Shown piece by piece: positions 17,631 to 33,027 of a stretch of 64,000 nt of DNA. Below the pieces are notes generated by a model. That model made no database searches. It was not told the origin of the DNA and saw only the letters and a program-made list of their open reading frames with translations. The translations under genes and the position numbers were made by a program. Position 1 is the first letter of the stretch. Each line of letters starts with the position of its first letter. Location: positions 2,122,735-2,186,734 of the forward strand of contig CM082597.2 of NCBI GenBank assembly GCA_040954595.2, given 5' to 3'. Source of the DNA: Balanoglossus misakiensis (Eukaryota; Animalia; Hemichordata).

Positions 17631-19563
17631 CAAACCGATATGAGGATATTACTAATAAATGTGCACTGAACGATATCCTAACATGATATGGTATCAGTGA
17701 ATGGGACTTAGGGTCACAATCTCTTTCAACACACACCAACTCAGTAGATTTTTAAAACTGAAAACACGGTTTTACTTTCAATAGGGCTGTGTTCACGGCC
17801 TGGGAAAATGAGGAGGTGGAAGGGCGCTGAAAATATTTTGGTTTGATCGTTTCGCAGCCAGCATTTCTAAACCCTCAAATTTGGAATCTTATTTGGTGGT
17901 GGTGGAGGTGGTGGAGGTTTGTGATAAGGCCATTAAATAATTGTAAACACTCAAAAGGATAGTGTCGTTTGAATTGCAAATGTGCAGATATTTACTTATT
18001 AAAATATCATAAATATTATGACCAAATACAGATTTATTACACCCCGTGCTTACAGCAGCCTAAGGATAAAGATTTGGCCATTTATCAATGATGTACTAAT
18101 ATAAGAACTTTGCATGTAATGACATAATGATTAAAAATATTAATATTAAATCATTTGAATATCACTGGTAGTGGCCTCAATATCTGATCCCTCCTAAAAA
18201 CGATTTTAAATGCATGCAGTATGGATTAACCCAAAACTCGTTATAATACTGAATCAAATCTGTTATTTTAATTTTGCACTATTGTTTTATGTGTTTTTAT
18301 AAGTATACATTATTTATCTGTCTGCCTGCCTGCATACCTCTGTGGGACCAACATAACAGCTGTTTCAGCTCATCTATGTTTTACCGCTGTCCACATCTAT
18401 TGCATCATCCTTTGTCGAACCTGGAACGTCACAACATGATCCTATGAGAACAAAACTATTTTTTGGTTACAGTCCTATTATTCTGTGAACTATTTTTTTT
18501 TCTTTAAAATATTTATGTATCATGAACATGTAAATAGTATGGATAACTGGTTATTTAGCATATTTCAATGAGTAGCACAACAAGAATATGAGTTACAGAG
18601 AAAACACGCCACACACCTGGCTATATGTTAAGACTAATCTTAATCCATGATTATTGTGTTAATCTAGATCTATCCGTGATAATGGATTGAAACTAACAAT
18701 CTTCTTACATTTCGTATGTTCACTTGCGTCTTCCATATGAGCGGTGTCGTGCGCAAATTCAATTCATATTGTAACATATTTAAAACTACCACAAATATAG
18801 CACTTGCCTAGTAATTCAAAATATATTTAATATTACCAATCGTAAAATGAATAATAGAGATGCGCATTTGGGTGATGAAATGCAATAACCCTGATTGTAT
18901 ATTCATTGGTATAAGTACCAACTCACGGTAGAATTACAGGTAACAGCTGGCGGTGTAAGAGCATTCAATTGGGATGGGAACATGATGTGCATATGCAACG
19001 TCCGAAGTTTGTTTCTTTTAATTTTAGGAGCAAAGGGTTGATTGTCAGTATATCTCGATTTTGAAAAACTCTTCCTCTCGAAACTTCAGGAAGAGATAGA
19101 CTTCCGGTGACAAACGTCATTGGTGGAGACTTCCGGTGGGTGATGTGGGTTGTCTGGCAAAATAACACTTTCAGTATTGAACATACAGATTTGAGACATA
19201 TATACGTAGACCATCGCAGCTGTTGCAGGGCATAGATAAAACGGATTAAAGTCCTGGGTCAAACCATTCTGCCAAGAGGGGTGGGATATTGTACTTCGCT
19301 TGCTTGTTTTGTCGGGAGAATGAAAATTCATGTTGTAAATTTCGTTATATTTCATTTATTTCGGCTTTCACCACTCTATATTTTTACCCGAGATAAAATG
19401 TGCTCCATCAGTTCATTTTTCACCAACCAAGTCTATGCCTCTCCCCCTACTGTAGAAGTGGACGCACCGTGTTCATAAAATGCACCCATTTAGTTTGCTT
19501 TCCCTCACATTCCTTTGATTCCGTCGTCACATCCAGATCTCGTTGACGATCCTCAGAGGACAA

Positions 19564-21584
19564 ATGAAGACTTTGACGCCCCTCCTGTTGCTGTTAGCAA
19601 CAGCGTGCCTGTATGTTTCCGGTAAGCGCCCCTTCACCTTACCGACAAGGAATCCGTTTCTCATTAATCATGCCAAGCGATGTCCACATAATATAATCAA
19701 AGTTTGTTTTTGCTTGATTTAGTGAAAAATAATATCTGTTAAATAGGATAATATAAGTGAATGGCAATCCCGAGTAATACACGGTAAAGACCAAAATCGT
19801 ATATTGTCACCACCTCACGTGCACATAGGGGTATAATCTCTTTAAAAACTGAAACAAATATTTCAGTGAAAATTCGCTGTGATTTTAATATGATTTCATG
19901 TCACAATGATCAGCGCGGGCCGTTCGATACATGTAGATTTGTCGGTCTAATTTCCCGGACAGGGTCCCTAAGCTTCCAAAATGCTGACTCAAACGTGTAC
20001 GATGAGGACGTGGGCCATATTGTCAGAGATAAAAAATCCCGTACTAAGCGGTATCTGTGTTGTAACCCACAGTTCACCATGCCAAAGAACTTAATAGTCT
20101 CTCATAACAAAAGTCGAACAAAACATCCGCAAATATGGCCTTTTTTCTTATCCAAATGTATAAATTTCTTCTGAAATATAAATGGAAACACGAAGCAAAC
20201 ATGCAACGTGGCAGAAAGCAAATTTGATAGTTTTTGGCAACAGGTGTCAGGAGTCCACTCCGTCGTGCAAACTGCGCCACGATTAACTAATTGTGTCCAC
20301 CTGTCTTGTTTGCAACGGAGGTCGTGACAGCGAGCATGCCGTTAAAATGTTGACCTCACGATTTCGAAAACAGGTTGACCTTTGTCCCCACAGCAACCTC
20401 TGCATGGAAATAATAAAGCATGCATCCTTCTGTAGTAACATGTTTTCTGCTTTTTATGTTAAATAGTCAGTTGAACTTTAATTTCCTCCACCACAACAAC
20501 CACCACCACCACCACCATCTACAACAACAACAATAACAACATCGGAAAATTGTTCCTTTTGACAATTCTTCCTTCTGTTTCCTTAGACAACATTGAATTG
20601 ACTGGAAACAATTTCAACTTTCTCATTTTAGAGGCAAAATCATTGGTTCGAACGAACCGTGTGGCAGTGATGACCCAGAGCAAACCCACAGCGGTAAAAT
20701 CAACTGGTCAAAAGTTGTATGTAAAGGGTGGTTTGACTGCAAAGGTTTCTGATGACATGATTGGTCGAGTGTCCGACGACATGATTGGTCAAGTGTCTGA
20801 TGACATGATTGGTCGTGTCTCTGATGATGAAGTGATTGCTCAAGTCTCCGATGACATGGTTGGGCGAGTCTCCGACGACATGATTGGTCAAGTGTCTGAT
20901 GACATGATTGGTCGTGTCTCTGATGATGAAGTGATTGCTAGAGTCTCCGATGACATGGTTGGTCAAGTCTCCGATGTCATGATTGGTCGTGTCTCCGATG
21001 ACATGATTGGTCGTGTCTCTGATGATGAAGTGATTGCTCGAGTCCCCGATGACATGGTTGGGCGAGTCTCCGATGACATGATTGGGCGAGTCTCCGATGA
21101 CATGATTGGTCGTGTCTCTGATGATGAAGTGATTGCTCGAGTCTCCGATGACATGGTTGGGCGAGTCTCCGATGACATGATTGGTCGTGTCTCTGATGAT
21201 GAAGTGATTGCTCGAGTCTCCGATGACATGGTTGGGCGAGTCTCCGATGACATGATTGGCCAAGTGTCTGACGACATGGTTGGTCGTGTCTCCGATGACA
21301 TGATTGGTCGTGTCTCTGATGATGAAGTGATTGCTAGAGTCTCCGATGACATGATTGGTCGAGTCTCTGATGATGAAGTGATTGCTAGAGTCTCCGATGA
21401 CATGATTGGTCGAGTCTCTGATGACATGGTTGGCCGAGTCTCTGATGACATGATTGGTCAAGTCTCTGATGACGAAGTGATTGCTAGAGTCTCCGATGAC
21501 ATGATTGGCCGAGTCTCCGATGACTTCCTCGGGCGTGTGTACGATGACGAAATCGGTGTAGCAACTGTTATTGACGATGAGTAG
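19564..21584 (+). CDS. Secreted acidic tandem-repeat protein or polypeptide precursor (VSDDMIGR / VSDDEVIAR x ~33)
   Basis: Signal exon 19564-19621 (MKTLTPLLLLLATACLYVS, G|gtaagc) splices in phase 1 to the acceptor at 20632 (ttctcattttag|AG GCA). The frame stays open through the repeats to TAG at 21584. TATA-like CATAAAA near 19474. Confidence 0.8.
20744..21560 (+). repeat. Coding minisatellite of 24-bp and 27-bp units with higher-order structure
   Basis: Units GTCTCCGATGACATGATTGGTCGT and GTCTCTGATGATGAAGTGATTGCTCGA. The first four blocks are 3x24+27 = 99 bp; later blocks are irregular. Confidence 0.92.
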
Positions 21585-22199
21585 TATGAATAACATTGGT
21601 AATTACTGTGATAAAATAAGTAATGAATGAAATGTTGCTGCATGATTTTACATTAGTATATCGGTTATTTTTTCATTGACACTGATAAGTATAACTGAGA
21701 TGATTTGTGCTTTTTTTCGTTTCAGAAATATAAGCGGTGACTGGCATAAAGTAAAACATAATAACTGCAGCAATCATGGTGTATGGAGCTTTGGTGAATC
21801 GATCGATCTCTACAGCACTCGCTACCGGGATTAATGTATCACATAGCCACGGTGTATAATATGTGGTATATTTTATTGTTAACACAGTTGAATAGAAGTC
21901 ATCACTTCATTTACAGTGAATTATTTTGCCAAATATTCAAATTTGGTCTTCGGTGGACATTACCCACAACCGACTGGGTGTGGAGTATTCTCTTGTGCAA
22001 TTGCAATAGCTTCTGGAATAAAATGATGGTATAAAATGGAACTTGTCCGTCAGATGTTGCCTGGTATTAATCTAATATCAATATCTGGTGGCGCACTTTT
22101 GTGTGTGTAAACACAGATGACGAGCATCGTTATTATTTACTTAAACATAAGCGTGCAAAACCGACGTACACGCAGTTTTTCCTGCAAGACTAGTCGAGC

Positions 22200-25290
<3,091 letters not shown>

Positions 25291-26247
25291 TGTTGGTGCT
25301 CGCCTCGTTGCCAGGAATCCTCAAAATGCGACCGGCTGTGCGTATGTCGCCCTTGACTCTGAGATGCAACGCTGGACGCAGCCGAATTTATAGCTACGCT
25401 GGCGCTATCCCACAATTCCCTGGGAGAATGGAAATGTGCCATTCTGTAAGTCAAAATACTTACAGTTGAACCATAAAAAATTAATAACCATAAAACAATT
25501 TTTTTCTGATAGGCAATTTAATAATAATGGCAAAAGATAGCGACTTGTCTTTTACTCGATCAATTTCTTTATGATATTTGCACAGCGCAGAAATAATTGA
25601 GACCAAACATTATCGCCGTTCTTACGAAGTGAAAAATAATTATCAGTCGTCATCGTGCAATTAAATACCATCCGAAATTTCATTCAGGTATTTCAGAGAG
25701 ATGAAATTAAACTATGCAGATCTGTCATTTATTGTCAACGACGCAATGAGACAATGTTTTAATATTTGGGTAATTTGGCGTGGGTCTGAAATTTTGAAAT
25801 TTGACTTATACACCGTGGGAGATTTCTAAATACGGCATTGATTCTTAGCGGGTCTCATCCAATGGTTCGGTGCTTAGTTAGTTTTGGTGCCTGGTGCAAC
25901 TTTTAATAATATTTTGCACCTGGACAAAAATAACTTATAATTTAAGCCTGTGTTAAGTCAAGAAACCCTTGGCAACTTAGCAACCGATCCAGGTGTGTAT
26001 GGCATTGTGTTGAGTTATGATAAAATATGAAGGGCGTGTATGGTCCCAATGGGCCGTGGTAACTAAAAACACGTGTACGATTAACGACGTTCGGGCCGAT
26101 TGGGTGATAGCTGTATTTCGATATAACTACAAGAAAGTTTTGCTGTAATTATTGTCACTAAATATCACAGCTTTATATACATGTACAAATGTACTCCATT
26201 TCCATAATGTTTTAATTTGCGGACAAAAGAAACTTTGTTAGGGGTGT

Positions 26248-26294
26248 CATTCATTCATTCATTCATTCATTCATTCATTCATTCATTCATTCAT
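26248..26294. repeat. (CATT)n microsatellite
   Basis: About 11 tandem CATT units. Confidence 0.9.
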
Positions 26295-27413
26295 CCAATA
26301 CATCTATCCATTCCTTCATCACAGGCAAGTCATTCACGATTCATTCTCACTCATGTTTATATATAATCATTTTCAAATTCTGCCGGTTATTATTGCCACT
26401 GTCAGTTTCGGAAATAAATTACGCTTTTGATTTACCACTGACATCGGCATCTGAAATATTTCTTATTATCATCATATATGTCATGCCCAAAATATGTCAA
26501 TATCTGTGGCTTCGGTACCCCGTTCTGAATTAAACTTTGGACCTTTACATGTACTCGATTTTCAAGACAATGATAACAATGTTAACTTCATTTGGATGTG
26601 TTGATAAGCTGGTTCTGAGCCCTATGTAAAGTGCCAATATACTGACACACTTTCTGTGATGCATGTCATTTTAATATTATGCATTAAACGATAAAAACTG
26701 AAAATGCCATTTTCCTCATTACTGAAAGATGCTACGCATTCTTCCCTAATGAAAATATAATTAATACCGCTAACATTTATTAGGACTGCTTAAAATAACT
26801 TCTTTAATCTAATTTTGATTGTATTTACTTTGAGAGGGAGAGGGCACGTTGCCAGTAGCTGCTCGGAACTTGGTAGAACGACATGCCCACTTTTTACTAG
26901 CATGTCTGTATCGACTACAGGACATGTTGCTGAACAGTCAATCTGTAAAGACAGGCCAGGCCAAGTTTATCATGTGTTCCCTATCTGAAGGTGAATGACC
27001 GTTGGTTTCATAATAATAAGCATTGTTCGATAGATCTCCAAAATAATTCTCCAACCATTGTGATAGTCAGATTATATCACCCACTGATTGCTAAAGCGTG
27101 CAACATTATGAAATGACAACCTTCTGACCAGATGCATCGTAGATAGATATATTGCGACATCACATACATAGAGAAAAAAAAAACTCAGTCCACACAAGTC
27201 ATAGTGTACACCCAATCAATGTTCAGTTTACTACAATTGAGTTCCCAGAAAATGTACATATCATTATGTAGAAATAGCAAAGTGTGTTCAGTGTTGTGGC
27301 GGAATTTCTGATCACAAATCGCGTCAACTTGTCAGCTGTCCTACAATTACTGCTTGGTGATGGTCATTACGTCACCGACACTCTGACGTCGCTCCATTGT
27401 ATCATCGTCCGTC

Positions 27414-27501
27414 TCATTCCTGTAAATAGATGAATGATATCTATTAAAGTGGATTTTATTTTCGATGAGTCACACACAATCAATTCAAACTGGTGAGAAG
27501 G

Positions 27502-27532
<31 letters not shown>

Positions 27533-30041
27533 GAAGATTCACAAGAAGGTATACTTACATGTACATCATCTCGGATGTGTATCATTGGGAATTTTCCTCG
27601 TTCTTTGGCAAGAAAGAAAGGACGATTTTACATGTTAGTGAAATAATGCAAGAAAATAAGATTCAAGGTACAGGAATTCGATAATTTTATGAAAATGCAA
27701 TTTTTTTGTCACAAATATTGATGCAGTTTGAATTTATCACGGTGTTGGTGTTTATATAAAAATGGGAAACTTACCTTGAACAGCTCTTTCTACGTCCTAT
27801 ATCAAACAAGAAAAACGAACAAACAAATCCTTTATTTATCTGACACTTACACAGATATGAAGCCAACTTGAGTTGCAGGGACGGTCTTTACACTGTAAAA
27901 ATGAAATTAGCCATACTTACCCGCAATCCGAGATGCATGCGACGTTTTTCTGCAAGCGAACAGACAGTTACAAATTTAGTTGACCCACTGTGGTAGCAAA
28001 ATTAAAAATACTTGAAAATATTTCAAAAAAATATTTCCTTACCAATGTCGGAATCGTAGATGTCGTCATCGCTTTCCTGAAAGAAAACGACTTAAATTGT
28101 CAAAAACTCAAAACACTCGTGAAGGTCTGCGTGACCGATTTTTCTATTTCTCTGAATACTGAATTCTTATAAGAAAGAGTGTCGTTGTAATACTTACTCT
28201 AAGTCCGAGATGCATTCGTCTTTTCTCTGCAATGAAAGATGAGGGAGTTATCTTGGCAAATATTTCATATATGGGAACAGTGTGATTTTAGGAGCAGACA
28301 ATCGGAATATTGTGACATAATCTATACTAATAATTAAGTTTTAATATAAAAATGATGTTAAGTTCAAATTAATACACAAGGGTCTCTACGCGTGTGGAGA
28401 TCTTTTTAAGTTTAAACCTACCTGGTTCGTCCTGAAGAAAGCGTGCAAAAAACACAGAAATAAATATTGCATAATTCACTAACAAAAGTACAGAGAGGAA
28501 TGGTTAATATTTGATTGAACCCAACAAAGTTATGACCGAAAAGCATTTACAAAAAATGAAAGTAAACGTATTCTAGTGATGTTAGAGGGCGTCGTTAAGA
28601 GGGCGCTGTTCTCTACTTACTCTCAAGCCCAGATGCATACGACGTTTCTCTGCCAAGGAAAAATCATGAAAATGCAAATGAGTAGTTGTGAGACCACGTG
28701 ATTACCTTATCGTTCAACGAGAGTAAAATGAGTGATAAAGTCATGGTTTAGTAATTGTCACATACCTGCTTCGTAGACCTCATCGTCACTAGCCTGAAGC
28801 AGAACAGACAAGACATGAATGAATGATTCATGTAATTTATTAATTAAACCTGTCGCCATTTTCTCCAATTTTGAAACGAAGACTATACGTTCATCCTCGC
28901 ATATGAGCTAAATTTACTTACCCTAAGTCCAAGATGCATACGTCTCTTCTCTGTAAGTGAAGGGAAAACATTTAAGGTACAGTCGTCAACTTGAGAAGGT
29001 AAATGATTTAGACTTCAACTTCGCTGTGAGCTTGTCCAACGCATATATCCTTGACTTACCTAGATCTGGATAAGCCGCCTGTAATTTAATAAAAAAGAAT
29101 AGTATATATAAGGGTTGAATCCAAATGTAGGCGAGGTATATCTTTTAATAATGTTGTGCGATTTACACCACTTTCTTCTGTAAAAACCATACGCGGATTT
29201 TTTTACATTCTTTTACAAAATGATAGCCTTTAATATTCACTTTTATAAATGTATGCTATGAGTCTACGAAATTACTTACCCTGCTGCCGAGGCTGTAACG
29301 GCGTTTTCCTGCAAGAAGAAAAAATATCTGATCACTGTTTTGCAAATACATGTATGTATAAATTTACCTAAAACAGGAATTGTGAGTAATAGATTGGGCA
29401 GTAAAAAAGAACAGGTATAGTCTTGACCATTGTGAAGTCTCAACTTACCGAAATCGGGTTCAGCATCCTAAGAGCGAAGAGTCGCCGTGAAAAAAGAAAT
29501 TGTACATATTGAACATGAAGTGAGGCAAAATGCAATATTTAGAACGTTTTGCACTATTTACACCAGAAACAACAATCACATCACAACAAAAGTCAACAAT
29601 AATAACAAAGTTTACAGAGCTGTACTCACCCTTAGACCAAGATGCATGCGTCGTTTTTCTATCATTAAAAGAAACGAAAATTAGTCTGGAGTAAGTATGG
29701 AGCTTCTTCAGTCACGTGTTAAGTAATTTGCATTAGATGTTAATCAAGCACTTTCGACAGAATTCGCCCCAAGTACTATAGAATGTAATGGTAACTCACC
29801 GATTCCAGCATCCTGAATTGCCGGCATGGAAGAAAACAAAACAGACAGTGTATTAATTAATTTTATCACCAAGGTTTTTTGCATGGAATGCCTTGGAATC
29901 TTGTAACGAAAAGCACGTATGGAATGTCACAACCTGTCTTGAACACAGAAGACGTATACTCACGCGTTCGGCAAGTTGAGCTGAGCCAAATCTCACGAAC
30001 ACGAAGAGGGCTGCCAACGTCACAAATACTGCGGCCTGCAT
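27414..30041 (-). CDS. Micro-exon-encoded secreted peptide precursor (148 aa): 5x RMHLGL and 1x RYSLGS, each flanked by KR and R
   Basis: 16 exons, all AG/GT and phase-compatible: 30041-29964, 29812-29800, 29658-29630, 29467-29449, 29308-29280, 29078-29060, 28950-28922, 28793-28766, 28649-28621, 28431-28422, 28226-28198, 28076-28043, 27949-27921, 27796-27775, 27602-27559, 27419-27414. Product: MQAAVFVTLAALFVFVRFGSAQLAERDAGIEKRRMHLGLRDAEPDFGKRRYSLGSRAAYPDLEKRRMHLGLRASDDEVYEAEKRRMHLGLRDEPEKRRMHLGLRESDDDIYDSDIEKRRMHLGLRDVERAVQERGKFPMIHIRDDVHE*. Confidence 0.88.
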
Positions 30042-30104
30042 TTTGGCGGGAGGAATCGGCGCTGATCCGAACGAGAAGTGACATTCGACCAGAAGAATTC
30101 TGGC

Positions 30105-30131
30105 TTTTATAGTTAGGCGAAATCTGATTGG
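30105..30131 (-). promoter_or_regulatory. TATA box and CCAAT box of the RMHLGL precursor gene
   Basis: Minus-strand TATAAAA at 30111-30105, about 65 bp upstream of the ATG, and CCAAT at 30131-30127. Confidence 0.6.
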
Positions 30132-31577
30132 ACGCGAAGATGGGGGTAACCATGTGCTGATTTATTTTATCATCACCAACAAGGTCTTTGCACGTGTTTT
30201 TGTGATTAATGTCAAGAAAGTGGGGTTCATATATTCTGTATGAATATTAATATCTGTCTTACAAGTGTATAAGCTTGTTATCAACTGACCTAAAGCTGTA
30301 ATTAATCACCATGGCCACCAACACCTGCAGAGACAGTGGTGGTCATTTTTCAATCGTTGTTCCATGGAGACCACCAGCGATGACATGAACTCGTCTGTAG
30401 GGAATTATTTACAGCATAAACTGTCATTACATACTGATTAAGTAGATTGGATTAATGACATAGGTGAGATGGATTGGTTCGAATATAGCTGTTCTGTCGT
30501 CGCTTCGTCCATCTGTCCATGTCATGTGTACAACAGAAGGCAGACAATTTAGTTTTACAAGTTTTACAACGCACCCTCGCATGAAGTATGGTGTACATGT
30601 AAAGTGAAGTGTCCTAGTGGCCTTTATTCACACTTCAGGATGATAATATAAAAATTCTACTTCACTGACAAGCGTGGTTACTAAAACACAGACAAAGTGA
30701 CTGAAATAACCAATCAGCCATCATTGTAGGTCAGCCAAGATGGCGGATGTTGGTTATCACGTGATTCCCACAACTTAGCAACAGGTGTTAAGTTCTCAAT
30801 ATGTAAATAGTTTCGGGGCTTTGTGAACATGTGTTTTCTGTGCATGTCATTACAATACCATTAGCATATCGGTCGTTTTCTGAACATGCGTGTCAATTAT
30901 GTTTTCTGCAATTCAAAATGACGGCCTCCATAACCGCAGTAGTGAAGTTTTCAAGTCCCAAGTCTTGCACGTTGGTAGGTGTTATTTATCTATTAAGGGT
31001 TAGCCACAACTGGTGGTCACTACACCTCTTGTCTCGTTTGCTTTGCTTTTATTCTAAGCGTGTGGCGTGTCGACAATGTCGAGAGGTTTTGGTGAGGTGA
31101 TATGTGAGTCGGAATTGGAACGAGCTTCGCCTCAGGGTCAGGTTTGGTCTTAATGACCACACATAAGCTTTCTCTCAATCTTACCGACATGACACAAACT
31201 AGGACTACCAAAGTAGTGAGGGTTTGGCCGAGTATTGATAATGTAGGGCTTATTTATTTACCCAAACTTGTGGAATTTCATTTTGTTGACTTGTTTATTC
31301 ACTGTTAATCATTGTTATTACCAGTGACTTCGGCAAACAAAGCTGTAAATATTTTTGGCCATCATGCAAAAGAAGACATTTGAACAAACATAATGACAGC
31401 TATGACGAAACAATGCACGGTTTAAAATTAATTGTTTATTTCAAACTCTTCCTGATCTGAAAAATGTACATAATACAAGATTCAAACTCATATATTCAAA
31501 GTTGAAATTAATAACCGGAGAACTTTAATGTGTCTAGCTAAGAACAACTTTCAGTTGCACTGGCGAGAGACTGTTAT

Positions 31578-33027
31578 TTACAGAGGAACGAGTACGTTCT
31601 TCTGGAACTCCTCGGTCGACATGACGTTGCCCGCTGGCCAATACTCGCAGACGGCGAAGTAGTACGTGAACGGCTCCAGTGTTCGGCTCGTAGCGAAGGC
31701 ACAGCCAACCTTGTTAGTGTCAGCCCAGACCAGCTGTGTAAAATGTCCTGGAACAGAAAGATAAATAGTGTTAGTCATTTTGATGGATATTGTACATTTG
31801 AAGATGGGATATGCGCGAGGTTTGCTATCCAAGTCCACTTGGATAACTGTGTTATGCTGACTCTGTGGTAAACCCCACCAGATGGAAATTTTACTGCTTT
31901 CTTGTTTCATGTGAAAGTTCATTATCTACATGTATAATTACCTGCTAGATCTTGATAGCCGGGACTTGCCCATCGATAATCAGTTATTTCCCGGTACCAG
32001 TGGAGAGCGAATCCATAACCTTTGGGGAAAAGAAAAGGGGTGGTGTTGTGACGTAACAACATGTAAAACCGATAAGTGACAGTGAAGTAAACAATGTACA
32101 CACATTTTTTCTGAAAGGTGAAGATGCAATATACTCACCTGTCTGTCCCTTTTCATTGGACAGACCGATGAAATCGATATTCTCGCCGTATTTCATGTCC
32201 GAATGATGGATCTCGAACCGCCCAGCGTTGTCAAGGGCAACAAGCTTGGCTGCCCGCGCCAATTCGTCGTCCCACTCCAGTGGTTGGACGCCGTGCAGGC
32301 ACCGGAAGTAGTTCTGAGCTTCCAGGATCTGGTCTTTGAGATCGGCCGGACCGGAGTTGCCGATGGTGTCGGGTTTTGTGCAGCCGTTGGAGTCAGTCTC
32401 TCCCCATCCTGTGGAATTGAAAATCAATTAGAGTTTAGTTGGATTACCAGGTCCGCTTTAGTCAAATTAGGTCAGTCCAAATGAGATTACAGGGAGTTAT
32501 TTGTACCACACTTTTGTTTTTCATCGTCAGCTTCGTCACAGACAATAAAGCCGTCACATATCAAATCTTCTGACATACAATAGCCACTGTAATCTTCACA
32601 TTGCCAAGGGTGGTCTGGGTGAACGTAGGCGCATTCGTCGGTGCCGTAGATAATGCCTTCATATTTCCCTCCTGAAAAATGAAAAAAAGGATATATCAAG
32701 AATCTCTCTCTCCCTCCCCCCTCTCTAATATGATTCATTTTTCTTTCGACATTTTCTTTGTACTCACCGCGTTTTGAAAGGTCTTCAATGGGTCCTACAT
32801 CAAAGTCCTTAAAAAGCATCGGGAGAAGACAAAAATATGAGTTTGCTTAGTTCACCGTGTAATTTAGTTCCATTTTTTTCGACGTCAAAATTTCCCCCTT
32901 ACACATGCTTATACACCCCTCTCACATGTAGTAGTTTCACCTGTCTTACTAAACTTAAAAGGCTTACCTCATCAGCAGCCGACTTTCCGACGATAAAAAC
33001 CAACAAAACTACCGCCAAACAATGCAT
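31578..33027 (-). CDS. Secreted LDLa-CAP protein, paralog 3 (single LDLa)
   Basis: Signal exon 33027-32968 (MHCLAVVLLVFIVGKSAADE) with TATA near 33117, then exon DFDVGPIEDLSKR and an LDLa exon (QCEDYSGYCMSEDLICDGFIVCDEADDEKQKC). CAP exons give 'ILEAQNYFRCLHGVQPLEWD..IHHSDMKYGENI', 'GYGFALHWYRE' and 'GHFTQLVWADTNKVGCA..VCEYWPAGNV..VPL*'. Confidence 0.88.

Noticed and set aside
20700-21643. Antisense ORFs over the VSDD repeat (TNHVIGDS.., MSSETRP..)
   Set aside because: Shadow frames of a stop-free repeat. Only the plus frame has a signal exon, a splice acceptor and mostly synonymous or conservative variation.
27900-29660. CRISPR-like pattern of ~29-bp repeats separated by unique sequence
   Set aside because: Each repeat is bounded by AG/GT splice sites and varies only at synonymous codon positions. 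These are exons, and the intervening 250-700 bp are introns plus spacer exons.
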